A DNA stretch of 64,000 bases, taken from positions 5,722 through 69,721 of the forward strand of contig JACQQA010000012.1 in assembly GCA_016207245.1 (NCBI GenBank), read 5' to 3'. The position numbers and the translations under genes are program-made. Positions 31,451 through 41,333 of this stretch are shown here, piece after piece. A model generated the notes under the pieces. It made no database searches and was not told where the DNA came from. It saw only the letters and a program-made list of their open reading frames with translations. Each line of letters opens with the position of its first letter. The first letter of the stretch is position 1. Source of the stretch: Candidatus Magasanikiibacteriota bacterium. Lineage in GTDB: Bacteria > Patescibacteriota > Patescibacteriia > Magasanikbacterales > UBA922.

Positions 31451-32677
31451 ATGGATAAAAGAAAAATAATTTTCGCGGGCATATTTCTAGTTATCTGCGT
31501 GGCAGTCGGTTTTCTGCTTTATTGGGTATTTTTCGCTAAGAAAATACCGTCAACAACTACGGGTCAGCCGGGAACGGAAGTCCCGGTTGCCGGCCAATTC
31601 CCTACTGCCGGCGTCGGCCAGCCGACTTTGCCGACTACCAAGCCGGGCAAACTGCCGACCGCGGTAAGCAAACCGATTACGCCGAAAACCGTTACTCCAA
31701 CAGTCAAACCATCTTTCCCAATCACAAACAAAGTTGACAGCTCAATTCTTGGTAGTAGCAAAGACACGGTTGGTTCGGCAAAATTTTATAATACCACTGA
31801 CGGCAGATTTTATCGCTTAAACAAAGACGGTTCAATTGCGTCTTTAAGCGACGAAGTATTTTTTAATGTTCAAAAAGCGACCTGGTCGCCGACAAAAAAC
31901 GAATCTATTATTGAATATCCTGACGGTTCAAACATTTATTATAATTTTGACACAAAAAAACAAGTCACTTTGCCAAAACATTGGCAGGATTTTTCTTTCT
32001 CGCCTTTGGGGGATAAAATCGCCAGTAAAAGCATGGGGCTGGCAACGGAAAATCGCTGGCTCGTTACCGCTGATCCGGAAGGAAAAAGCGTTAAATTAAT
32101 CGCGCCGCTTGGGGAAAACGCTGATAAAGTAACCGTCAACTGGTCGCCGAATAAACAAATCGTAGCCACCTCCGCCACCGGAGACCCGCAGGGAGCGGAC
32201 AAACAAGAAATTTTGTTCGTCGGCTTGCAGGGAGAAAATTTCCGCTCCATTGTCGTGGAAGGCCGCGGATTTGAAAGCCAGTGGTCAACCAGCGGGAAAA
32301 AACTGCTTTACAGCGTCTATAGCGCCAGAAGCAACTTCAAACCGGAACTCTGGATCGTTAACGCCGAAGGCGACAGTATCGGCACTGGCAGAAAAATGTT
32401 AAATTTAAATACTTGGTCGGAAAAGTGCGCGTTCAGCGATGATCGCTTTATTTACTGCGCCGTACCAACGCAAATGCAAACCGGCGCCGGCTTCGCGCCC
32501 GGACTGGCAGATGCCACCAATGATAAAATTTATAAAATAGACACGGAAACCGGCATTAAAACCGAGCTGACCACTGACGGTTACCACACGGTTGACAGCA
32601 TGTTCCTCGGCGATAATAACAAAACGATTTATTTCACGGATAAAAACAGCTCCGGACTATTTAGCGTGCCAATATGA
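31451..32677 (+). CDS. Membrane-anchored TolB-like beta-propeller protein
   Basis: TM, P/T linker, repeated WSP/FSP blades. Confidence 0.7.
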   Translation: MDKRKIIFAGIFLVICVAVGFLLYWVFFAKKIPSTTTGQPGTEVPVAGQFPTAGVGQPTLPTTKPGKLPTAVSKPITPKTVTPTVKPSFPITNKVDSSILGSSKDTVGSAKFYNTTDGRFYRLNKDGSIASLSDEVFFNVQKATWSPTKNESIIEYPDGSNIYYNFDTKKQVTLPKHWQDFSFSPLGDKIASKSMGLATENRWLVTADPEGKSVKLIAPLGENADKVTVNWSPNKQIVATSATGDPQGADKQEILFVGLQGENFRSIVVEGRGFESQWSTSGKKLLYSVYSARSNFKPELWIVNAEGDSIGTGRKMLNLNTWSEKCAFSDDRFIYCAVPTQMQTGAGFAPGLADATNDKIYKIDTETGIKTELTTDGYHTVDSMFLGDNNKTIYFTDKNSSGLFSVPI

Positions 32678-33327
32678 TAAAAACCAAACTCCTCGCGGTC
32701 GTTTTTATTCCGGCAATTTTGGTTGCCGGCTTGGCGCTGTTTGTCCGCGTTATTCAATATGAACCGCTCTACCCGGAAATAGATAAAAATAAAGAGGCCG
32801 AAGTTAAAAAAGACAGTCTGATTACTATCCCCATTTATCCAACTGATCCGATTATCGGCGAGAAAAAAGCGCCGCGAACGGTCATTGCTTTTGAAGATTT
32901 CGGCTGTGAACACTGCCAAGCGCAGTTTGCGGTGATTGAAGAATTCATGGCCAAACACCCGGGCACGGTTAAAATAATTTGGAAGAGTTTGCCGGTTACT
33001 AAATTCCCCTATGCCAGCGACACGGCGAACGAATATGCTTACTGTTTGAACGAGCAAAATAAATTCATGGACTTCGCGCGGCTGGCGTTTACTAATAGCT
33101 ATCAATTAAAGCAGGATATCTTAGACGCGATTGTTAAAGAGATTAACGCCAATGAAAAAAAACTTAGCGCCTGCGTCCAATCCGGAACCGCGAAACAACA
33201 AATTGAGCGGGTTAAAGAAATCGCGCGATTGTTGAATATTCAAGCCATCCCCGCGATATTTTTAGACAACAAACAAGTCAACCCGCCGGCGACAGTGGAG
33301 GGGTGGGAGGCGATGATGAGGCTGTAA
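32674..33327 (+). CDS. DsbA-family thioredoxin-fold oxidoreductase
   Basis: FEDFGCEHC (CxxC); IQAIPAIF cis-Pro loop. Confidence 0.88.
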   Translation: MIKTKLLAVVFIPAILVAGLALFVRVIQYEPLYPEIDKNKEAEVKKDSLITIPIYPTDPIIGEKKAPRTVIAFEDFGCEHCQAQFAVIEEFMAKHPGTVKIIWKSLPVTKFPYASDTANEYAYCLNEQNKFMDFARLAFTNSYQLKQDILDAIVKEINANEKKLSACVQSGTAKQQIERVKEIARLLNIQAIPAIFLDNKQVNPPATVEGWEAMMRL

Positions 33328-33384
33328 CGCCCGTCGCCATGGTGTCATTACTTATTTTAATGCCTCTTTCGGTATGTTAGAAAG

Positions 33385-33429
33385 GGATCCCTCGGCTCTC
33401 CCGCCATGGCGGGATCGCTCGGGATGACA
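33385..33429. repeat. REP half-element with nested CCCGCCATGGCGGG
   Basis: GGATCCCTCGGCT[CTCCCGCCATGGCGGGAT]CGCTCGGGATGACA. Confidence 0.7.
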
Positions 33430-33443
33430 ATGCCAAGAATCTT

Positions 33444-34877
33444 ATGAAAAAAATCTTCCTCGGTATTTTTTTAGCAATGTTTTTCCTGCTCCCATCAAAC
33501 AGCGCTTCTGCCGGGACACTCTCCATTGGCTCTCCATGTGAAGGTAACGGCGAATGCGCGAGCAACCAATGCGAAAACAGCTCTAAAACCGATCCCGAGG
33601 ACAAAAAGCTGGCTTTTTGCGTTTGCGGAGAATTTGACACATCAATAATAAACCCTGCCGGCAGTCCGAACTGCAAAGAAGCTTACGGCGGTTCTGAAGA
33701 TGACTGGACATGCAAAGACGGCGCCAATATGACCTGGGACTTAAATTACTGTTTAAATAAAGATTACAGCAAAACCAAATTTGCCATTCCCGTGAAAGAA
33801 ACCGGCGCCAGCACTGAAACAATTGTTGACATGTTGCTTGATCCATCGGCGGTAACCGCGAATATGTTTAAGGAGATTGATAACATCGTGGCAAAACCGA
33901 CAGTAAAAATTTCCATTCCCGGCCTAAAATTTTCCGAACCAAAAACCGTTGAAGAATCTGGCGGAAAATTCTTATATATCCCCTTTCTCGGCGACTATAT
34001 ATCATCCCTTTATAAATATCTAATCATTGTCGCGAGTATTATCGCGACCGCGATGATAATAAAAGCCGGATTTGATTGGCTGATGTCCGGCGGCGAAGCG
34101 GAAAAAATCACTCATGCCAAAACCCGCATCGGCCAATCGCTCATGGGGCTTTTCATCGCCGTGTCTTCGTATTTTATTTTATACACCATCAACCCGAATC
34201 TGGTGGAATTTAAAAATCTGCGGGTGAGGTACGTAGAGACAATACCTTTAGCGGAAGATTCTATCACTACCGAAGAGGCCGCGGAACAGGCTGGTGGAAC
34301 AATTTCAACGCCTTCCGGGAACATTCCGATTCCCACTACAGTTGTTTGCGATAATCCAACTGCCGCAGGTACCGGATTAGTGCCGCTGGAGCCGTCCGTG
34401 GGACTAAAACTACCTGCTAAATCAACCGCTTTTCTTAACCCCCAAGCGGCTGAAGCGTTAAAAAAAGCAGGGGCGATCGCCGCCAATGAAGGATACCTGT
34501 TGCAAGTCACTTCCGCCTGCCGCACGACAGCCACCCAAGCTAAAAAAGCCGCGGAAAGCCCGAGTAGTGTTGCTGCAGGCACCATCGCGCATCCGGGTAA
34601 TTCTCCGCACGGGTTTGGCATTGCTGTTGATATTCAATTAAAAAAAGATGGCGTAGTATTGGTGCCATCTGGTGGTTCAGAATCCCAGTGTAAAATAAAT
34701 CCCGCGTATGTAAGAAAACTTTCAGAAATTATGTATACCGCGGGGTTTTACCGCTTGGGGATTGAAAATTGGCATTTTGAACTACCGCCGAAAAACAATT
34801 ATTGCCGCGTAAAAAATAAATACGATCCGGCCCCATGCCGCGTTGGCAACAATAAAGTGCCGTGCATTACCAAATAA
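33444..34877 (+). CDS. CPR pilin-like protein fused to M15 D,D-peptidase
   Basis: Signal peptide, Cys-rich N-terminus, TrbC/VirB2-like hairpin (AGFDWLMSGG...ILYTINP), M15 motifs SACR, SPHGFGIAVD, ENWHF. Confidence 0.8.
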   Translation: MKKIFLGIFLAMFFLLPSNSASAGTLSIGSPCEGNGECASNQCENSSKTDPEDKKLAFCVCGEFDTSIINPAGSPNCKEAYGGSEDDWTCKDGANMTWDLNYCLNKDYSKTKFAIPVKETGASTETIVDMLLDPSAVTANMFKEIDNIVAKPTVKISIPGLKFSEPKTVEESGGKFLYIPFLGDYISSLYKYLIIVASIIATAMIIKAGFDWLMSGGEAEKITHAKTRIGQSLMGLFIAVSSYFILYTINPNLVEFKNLRVRYVETIPLAEDSITTEEAAEQAGGTISTPSGNIPIPTTVVCDNPTAAGTGLVPLEPSVGLKLPAKSTAFLNPQAAEALKKAGAIAANEGYLLQVTSACRTTATQAKKAAESPSSVAAGTIAHPGNSPHGFGIAVDIQLKKDGVVLVPSGGSESQCKINPAYVRKLSEIMYTAGFYRLGIENWHFELPPKNNYCRVKNKYDPAPCRVGNNKVPCITK

Positions 34878-34882
34878 GCGAT

Positions 34883-36247
34883 ATGAAAAGCGGTAATAAT
34901 ACAATCTTCATCTGCTCCAACTGCGGCGCCCAATACCAAAAATGGACGGGTAGATGTTTAGAGTGTGGAAAATGGGGAACCGTCGTTGAACAGAATGCAG
35001 AATACAGCGAACAGAAAGCAAACGAAAAGAATTATGCACCGACTAAAACAATTAAATTATCAGAAATTAAAGGAGAAAATGTAAAAAGACAGCAGACGAA
35101 TTTGGCTGAATTTGATCGGGTGTTGGGCGGCCCTTCGACAAGCTCGGGGCAAGGCGGGATTGTGCCGGGGAGTTTAATTTTGCTGGGCGGAGAACCGGGA
35201 ATCGGCAAATCAACCTTGGCAATTCAATTGGCCGCAATAATACCAAACACGTTATATATTTCCGGCGAAGAATCCGTGGAACAAATAAAATTACGCGCTG
35301 AACGTCTACGGCTTACGGCTTCTAGCTTACGGCTGGCCAATGAAACATTGGTGGAAAAAATCTGCGCCACGATTAAAGAAACAAAATCGCCGTTGGCGAT
35401 AATTGATTCCATCCAAACAATTTATTCCGACGAAGTTCCCGGTGAACAAGGCAACATCAATCAAATTAAAGCCTGCGCGGTAAAACTTTTGGAAACCGCG
35501 AAATCAACCAACACCGCGATAGTCATTGTCGGCCACGTGACCAAAGACGGCGAGGTCGCCGGACCAAAAACCTTGGAACATTTGGTTGATGTTGTTCTTT
35601 ATCTTGAAGGCGAGCGCTATCATCAATATAGAATTTTAAGAACGGTAAAAAACCGATTTGGCCCGACTGATGAAGTGGGTATTTTTGAAATGAAAGAAAA
35701 TGGCTTGCAGGAAGTAAAGAATCCTTCCGCCAGTTTTCTTTCCGAACGCGGAGAAAATATGCCGGGAAGCGTTGTTACTTGTTTGTTGGAAGGAACGCGT
35801 CCGCTGTTGGTGGAAATTCAAGCGCTGGTAAATAAAACATCATTCGGCTATCCGGTGCGCAAAGCCAGCGGGTTTGATTTGAATCGTCTGCATGTTTTAA
35901 CCGCGGTTTTGCAAAAACGCGCCGGCTTGAATCTGGCGCAATATGATATTCATCTCAATGTTGTCGGCGGCATCACTGCCGACGAACCCGCGGCTGACTT
36001 GGCTGTTTGTCTCGCCATCGCCAGCGCTTACAAAGATAAAAAACTCGGCGCGGATTTAGCTGTCTTCGGCGAGGTCGGACTCGGCGGCGAAGTGCGCGGC
36101 GTTACGCAAATTGAAAAAAGAGTGAGAGAGTGCGAGAAGTTAGGAGTGAAGAGGGTGATTACACACCTAAATACGCAAGCACTTAAACACTTAAACATCA
36201 AAGTGACAGATGTGAAGAACATACAGGAGCTGATAAGACAGACGTAA
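34883..36247 (+). CDS. radA: DNA repair protein RadA/Sms
   Basis: C4 zinc finger, GEPGIGKST, KNRFG. Confidence 0.97.
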   Translation: MKSGNNTIFICSNCGAQYQKWTGRCLECGKWGTVVEQNAEYSEQKANEKNYAPTKTIKLSEIKGENVKRQQTNLAEFDRVLGGPSTSSGQGGIVPGSLILLGGEPGIGKSTLAIQLAAIIPNTLYISGEESVEQIKLRAERLRLTASSLRLANETLVEKICATIKETKSPLAIIDSIQTIYSDEVPGEQGNINQIKACAVKLLETAKSTNTAIVIVGHVTKDGEVAGPKTLEHLVDVVLYLEGERYHQYRILRTVKNRFGPTDEVGIFEMKENGLQEVKNPSASFLSERGENMPGSVVTCLLEGTRPLLVEIQALVNKTSFGYPVRKASGFDLNRLHVLTAVLQKRAGLNLAQYDIHLNVVGGITADEPAADLAVCLAIASAYKDKKLGADLAVFGEVGLGGEVRGVTQIEKRVRECEKLGVKRVITHLNTQALKHLNIKVTDVKNIQELIRQT

Positions 36248-36377
36248 AAGTGAAGAGTTGTTAAATTGTTGAACCCCCAAAGAATTAAACCCGCAATCAT
36301 CTCAAAAAAAATTTAAGATAATTGTGGGTGGCAACGCAGTATTTTTTCCTCCTTTCTTCACCACCCACCACTTCACC

Positions 36378-36536
36378 CTACGAGGGCCACACCGGCGACA
36401 ATCCAACGGCCCCCCAGAACCAATTGCCTTCAGTTGGTGTTTGATGACCGGACTTGCCCTCCTGCTGGAAAAGATCCTCCCGGGCCGGCTCCTGCGAACC
36501 GTCCCCGCTCTGACGAACCTGTTCTTCCTGCGTCAT
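36378..36536 (-). CDS. Possible small hypothetical protein
   Basis: GGAGGGA RBS before MTQEEQV. Confidence 0.35.
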   Translation of the reverse strand: MTQEEQVRQSGDGSQEPAREDLFQQEGKSGHQTPTEGNWFWGAVGLSPVWPS

Positions 36537-36577
36537 TTCACTTCCCTCCTTTTTCATCTCTCTCTGCCAGATGACCA

Positions 36578-36781
36578 TCATCTGACCTGCTGCATCGACT
36601 TTCCGAGCGTCAGTCTCTCCACCTTCTGTCCGAACCCGTTCAGTCCCGCGAGAATTTTTTTCTGCGCTTCCGGCACGTATTCCGTGCCTTTGCCATCCAA
36701 ATGGCCTTCCTCGCAGAACCGACCGTTTGGCTGCACAGCAGCCCCGCACTTAGCGCATCTCCTCGGCCTCTTCTTTCCCAT
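36578..36781 (-). CDS. Small putative zinc-ribbon protein
   Basis: GGAGG RBS; CAKC...CEEGH. Confidence 0.5.
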   Translation of the reverse strand: MGKKRPRRCAKCGAAVQPNGRFCEEGHLDGKGTEYVPEAQKKILAGLNGFGQKVERLTLGKSMQQVR

Positions 36782-36879
36782 TACCCCTCCTTTTTTGTAA
36801 TTAACATATACTGCGTTGCCTCGCCACGCCGTAGTCCCGCCATGGCGGGACAAAAGCGGGCATTGTAAAGAACGAACGA

Positions 36880-36926
36880 CTGGATTGCTTAGTCAACGCC
36901 TCATCGGCGACTCCTCGCAATGACAG
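36880..36926. repeat. CTCGCAATGAC-type REP half with nested CGCCTCATCGGCG
   Basis: Matches the right half of 23971-24068. Confidence 0.75.
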
Positions 36927-36930
36927 AATT

Positions 36931-36955
36931 AAAAACCCCGCTTTTTCAGCGGGGT
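36931..36955 (-). terminator. Intrinsic terminator
   Basis: ACCCCGCTGAAAAAGCGGGGTTTTT. Confidence 0.75.
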
Positions 36956-37145
36956 ATTATTCTTGGTATTATTCGCGCTTACGCACGGATATTCCTTGAA
37001 CAATTCGCCCCGCCGGATACAACGTAAAACAAACGAATCCAGTCAATACGCTTTACGGTTGTCGGACAAATTGTTCTTTGTAAGTTTTTCATACTATTTT
37101 TAGTATATCAAAAACTAGTTTTTACGCAAATCCACTTATCCACAC

Positions 37146-37754
37146 CTACTCAAGTATCCCATCCAAATTCACATCATACAAAATCTCCTCTTGCACCAAA
37201 CGATAGCTAATCAACTCTTCCGGCGCGAACCAGTGTTTGATTTCCATTTCCGCTTCAGGAACCGAACCGGAGGCGTGAATCAAATTGCGAATGGCGCGGT
37301 CGTCTACATCGCTCATTTCGTAAGAATCCAAAACATAATCGCCGCGAATTGACCCGACGTCAGACGTCAGCGGTTCTGTCCCGCCGACCAGTTTGCGGAT
37401 AATTTTCACCGCGTGCGCGCCCTCCCAAACCATCGCCACGACCGGTCCGCAAGAAAGATATTTTTTTAAATTAATTAAAAGTTTATCGGTAATTTCAAAC
37501 GGATTTTCGGTCGGCGGAGTTAAGCCTTTATCTTTGTAGCCCTTGATCGTCTTCTCACCCGTCACTTTGCGCCAATTCGAATCTAAAGTATAATGCTGTT
37601 CCACCTGCTCCGGCGTCGGCACTATCATCTTTAACGCGATCAGTTTCAAGCCGATTGATTCAAAACGTTTAATCACCTCGCCGATAAGCGAACGTTGGAT
37701 TCCGTCCGGTTTGATTATCACCAAACTTTTTTCTTTTTTGCCTGTGTAGGACAT
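37146..37754 (-). CDS. ndk: Nucleoside diphosphate kinase
   Basis: IIKPDG, GSIRGDY, NLIHASGS. Confidence 0.95.
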   Translation of the reverse strand: MSYTGKKEKSLVIIKPDGIQRSLIGEVIKRFESIGLKLIALKMIVPTPEQVEQHYTLDSNWRKVTGEKTIKGYKDKGLTPPTENPFEITDKLLINLKKYLSCGPVVAMVWEGAHAVKIIRKLVGGTEPLTSDVGSIRGDYVLDSYEMSDVDDRAIRNLIHASGSVPEAEMEIKHWFAPEELISYRLVQEEILYDVNLDGILE

Positions 37755-37854
37755 ATTCTTAGATTAAATTTAGTTGATGAAATTATAACAAATTGACCTG
37801 AAAAGTCAAGCTGATCGCTTGCCAAACAGCTGAAATAATGTAAAATATGATTAT

Positions 37855-39360
37855 ATGCTGGAGCAAGAGGAAATCATCGGTAAAAACCCCACCATTGGGT
37901 CTTTGCTGAAAAAAGTTAAAACATACGATGCCAAAGCTGATACTGATCTTATTCGGCTTGCTTATGATTTCGCGGAAAAAGCGCATAGCGGCCAAACCAG
38001 AAAATCAGGCGAACCATACATTATTCATCCTTTGGCAACCGCTCACATTTTGGCCAACATGAGAATAGACCCGGTGATTGTTATCGCGGCGCTCCTGCAC
38101 GATGTGCCCGAAGACACCAAAGTAACCTTGGAAGAACTGGAAAAAAATTTCGGCAGCGAAGTCGCTTCAATGGTCAGAGGCATTACGAAATTGGGAAAAT
38201 TAAAATACCGCGGCGTTGAACGATATATTGAAAACCTGCGCAAAATGTTTATTTCCATGGCTGAAGACGTGCGCGTGATGATTATCAAATTCGCGGACAG
38301 AATCCACAATCTCACCACGCTTGACGCCCTTCCAGCGCCGAAACAATATCGCATCGCTTTGGAAAGTTTGGAAATCTACGCGCCGATCGCCGGACGGCTG
38401 GGTATGGATGAAATCAAAGGCTGGCTGGAAGATTTGTCTTTTAAATATGTTTATCCGAAAGAATACGCGCACATCAAACAAATCCGCGATGAACGGATGC
38501 GCGGAAAAGAAAAATTTTTGCAAGACGCGCAGGACCGCGCCTGGGATGAATTAAAAACCGCCGGCATCAAAACCATAGACCTCTACGGACGTAACAAACG
38601 GCTCTATAGTTTATACCAAAAACTACAGCGTAAAGGCAATGAAATCGCCAAAGTCCATGACATCGTCGCTCTGCGCATTATTGTCCCGACTTTAGCGGAT
38701 TGTTACGCGGCTTTGGGGATTTTGCATAAAATCTGGCGGCCAATGCCTGGCCGAATTAAAGATTATATCGCTCAGCCAAAACCAAACGGCTACCAATCTC
38801 TCCATACCACTGTATTTACGGAAACGGGGGAAATGGTTGAGTTTCAAATTAGAACTCTGGAAATGCACGAGGAGGCGGAGTTCGGCGTCGCGGCGCATTG
38901 GCATTATGATGAACGCGGGCACAAACGGCCGGCGAAAGAAATCAGCTGGGTGAAAGAACTGGCGGAAATACAAAAAGACGTATTGAGCCGACTTTCTGAT
39001 TTAGATGAAATAAAGGTTGATTTTTTGAAATCTCGCATCTTCGTTTTCACTCCTAAAGGCGACGTGATTGATCTGCCGGAAGGCGCCACACCGATTGATT
39101 TCGCCTATCACATCCACACCGCGATCGGCAACAAGTGCAACGGCTCTATAGTTAACGAACAAATGACAAGTTTGGATACCGCTTTAAAAAATGGCGATGT
39201 GGTGGAAATTATTACTGACAAAAATCGCAAAGGTCCGAACCGCGATTGGTTAAAATTCACCAAAACCCATACCGCCAGAATGAATATAAAAAATGCCCTT
39301 CGCTTGCAGGAAAAGAGCTTTATCACCGGATGGATCAAGCAGGTGGTAGGGAAGAAATAG
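37855..39360 (+). CDS. RelA/SpoT family (p)ppGpp synthetase/hydrolase (HD+SYNTH+TGS, no ACT)
   Basis: LLHDVPED, PKPNGYQSLHT, EFQIRT, DFAYHIHT. Confidence 0.93.
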   Translation: MLEQEEIIGKNPTIGSLLKKVKTYDAKADTDLIRLAYDFAEKAHSGQTRKSGEPYIIHPLATAHILANMRIDPVIVIAALLHDVPEDTKVTLEELEKNFGSEVASMVRGITKLGKLKYRGVERYIENLRKMFISMAEDVRVMIIKFADRIHNLTTLDALPAPKQYRIALESLEIYAPIAGRLGMDEIKGWLEDLSFKYVYPKEYAHIKQIRDERMRGKEKFLQDAQDRAWDELKTAGIKTIDLYGRNKRLYSLYQKLQRKGNEIAKVHDIVALRIIVPTLADCYAALGILHKIWRPMPGRIKDYIAQPKPNGYQSLHTTVFTETGEMVEFQIRTLEMHEEAEFGVAAHWHYDERGHKRPAKEISWVKELAEIQKDVLSRLSDLDEIKVDFLKSRIFVFTPKGDVIDLPEGATPIDFAYHIHTAIGNKCNGSIVNEQMTSLDTALKNGDVVEIITDKNRKGPNRDWLKFTKTHTARMNIKNALRLQEKSFITGWIKQVVGKK

Positions 39361-39361
39361 T

Positions 39362-39482
39362 CCACTAATACGACGACCACCAATTACACTAATAAATAAA
39401 GATGGTAAACAGAAATTACCATCTTTTGTTTTCCTAATTGGCTTTATTGTATTAATGTCGATTAGTGGTCGCGTATTAGTGG
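39362..39482. repeat. Inverted CACTAAT-array element enclosing a hairpin
   Basis: CCACTAATACG..GACCAC / GTGGTCGCGTATTAGTGG ends; internal AAAGATGGTAA..TTACCATCTTT. Confidence 0.7.
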
Positions 39483-39485
39483 GCT

Positions 39486-40340
39486 CTACGCCAACTCCTC
39501 TAAAATCCTCTTCAAATCACTGGACGAATAATAATCAATAATAATCCTCCCTCTCTCCCCAACTTTTGTAATCTGGACTTTGGTTCCCAATCTTTCTTCC
39601 AACATTTTTTCCTGCGCCAAGACATTCGGATCGCGGCGGACAGAACCTTTGCGGGATTTTTGCCCGTAATCCGCGACAGTACGCTCAACTTCGCGCACGG
39701 TAATATTCTGCCCGATCATGCTGTGGAATAACTTCATCATTTCTTTTTCATCTTTCAAACTCAACAGCGCACGCGCTTTCCCCGTGCTGATCCGGCCGTC
39801 AATCAGCGCTTTCTGCGCCTCTTCCGGCAAATTAAGCAAACGTAGCATGTTGCTCACGGTCGGACGCTCTTTGCCGACCTGTTCCGCGACCTCCTGGTGC
39901 GACAGGCCAAACTCCTCAATCAGACGTTTGTAAGCAAACGCTTCTTCAATCGGATTCAAATCCTGGCGCTGGATATTCTCTATCAAGGCCAATTCAAGTT
40001 TTTCCTGCTGGGTCGCGGAACGGACAATCGCCGGAATCGTAACCAGGCCGGCGATCTGCGACGCGCGCAATCTCCTTTCGCCGCTTATCAATTCATAACC
40101 GCCGTCAGCTTTTTCCGTTGCGGTAATCGGCTGTAAAATGCCGTGCTTTTTAATTGAAGCGACCAAATCTTCCAAATCCTGATGAGAAAAATTGCGCCGC
40201 GGCTGTTCCGGATTCGGCGCGATTTCCGATAGCGGAATATTCCAAACCCGCGCCCCGTCGCCTTGGCCGTTTTCCTTGTGGATAACTTTCCGCGGCTTAA
40301 TCTGCGGAATCAGCGAACTAAGTCCCTTCCCTAATGGCAT
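39486..40340 (-). CDS. parB: Chromosome partitioning protein ParB
   Basis: LGKGLSSLI, GERRLRA, ENIQRQDLNPIEEA. Confidence 0.96.
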   Translation of the reverse strand: MPLGKGLSSLIPQIKPRKVIHKENGQGDGARVWNIPLSEIAPNPEQPRRNFSHQDLEDLVASIKKHGILQPITATEKADGGYELISGERRLRASQIAGLVTIPAIVRSATQQEKLELALIENIQRQDLNPIEEAFAYKRLIEEFGLSHQEVAEQVGKERPTVSNMLRLLNLPEEAQKALIDGRISTGKARALLSLKDEKEMMKLFHSMIGQNITVREVERTVADYGQKSRKGSVRRDPNVLAQEKMLEERLGTKVQITKVGERGRIIIDYYSSSDLKRILEELA

Positions 40341-40393
40341 AGTAATCAATTTTAATTTCCAATTTAACAATTTTATAATTTAACCATAACTCA

Positions 40394-41167
40394 TCAATCC
40401 ACTCGCTGATGTTTTTCCAAAACTTCTTTCGCCAGTCGCTCGTACGCTCGTCCGCCCTTGCCATACGGGTCATAGTGCAAAATTGACTTTCCAAAACTCG
40501 GCGCTTCCGCCAAACGCACAGTGCGCGGAATAACCGTGCGGAAAATCGCGTCAGGAAAATATTTATATAATTCATTCATCACATCTTCCGATAATCTGGT
40601 GCGCTGGTCAAACATAGTTAACACCGCGCCCAAAACTTTCAACTCCGGCTTGATATGCGTTTGCACTAAATTGATTGTTTCCAAAAGCTGGCCCAATCCC
40701 TCAAGCGCGTAATATTCCGCTTGCACGGGAATTAATAATTCATCCGCCGCCACCAAACTATTAACTGTCAAAAGCCCTAACGATGGCGGACAATCAACGA
40801 TAATATAATCATAAGCGTGATTCGCTTCTGCCAATAAATCCGCCAGTTGATGCTCTCGACGCTCAACATCAATCAATTCGATATTCGCGCCAGCTAGATT
40901 CGGCGTGCTGGGAGCCAGCCGCAGTCCTTCGTGAGCGGTATTCCTCACAATATCATGCAAGCGTCTTTGCTTTGCCAGCGCTTCGTAAATTCCCTGCTCA
41001 ACTTTATCTTTACCAAAACCCAAACCACTGGAAGCGTTGCCTTGCGGGTCCATATCAACTAACAATACAAAACGACCCAGCTCTGACAAATAAGCCGCCA
41101 AATTCATCGCTGTCGTGGTCTTTCCCACCCCGCCCTTTTGATTGACAATGGAAATTATTTTCGCCAT
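40394..41167 (-). CDS. parA: Chromosome partitioning ATPase ParA/Soj
   Basis: NQKGGVGKTT, DPQGNA, DCPPSLG. Confidence 0.96.
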   Translation of the reverse strand: MAKIISIVNQKGGVGKTTTAMNLAAYLSELGRFVLLVDMDPQGNASSGLGFGKDKVEQGIYEALAKQRRLHDIVRNTAHEGLRLAPSTPNLAGANIELIDVERREHQLADLLAEANHAYDYIIVDCPPSLGLLTVNSLVAADELLIPVQAEYYALEGLGQLLETINLVQTHIKPELKVLGAVLTMFDQRTRLSEDVMNELYKYFPDAIFRTVIPRTVRLAEAPSFGKSILHYDPYGKGGRAYERLAKEVLEKHQRVD

Positions 41168-41230
41168 GCTCACATTATACACCAAATTGACAAAAAAAAG
41201 AATATCCTATATGATATTATCAGCAAAAAT

Positions 41231-41314
41231 GCCCGAGTGGCGGAATTGGTAGACGCGCACGACTCAAAATCGTGTGGCCGTAAGGTCATGAGAGTTCGAT
41301 TCTCTCCCCGGGCA
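41231..41314 (+). tRNA. tRNA-Leu (CAA)
   Basis: Cloverleaf with long variable arm; CACGA-CTCAAAA-TCGTG. Confidence 0.95.
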
Positions 41315-41333
41315 CTTTAACACTTACTAACAT

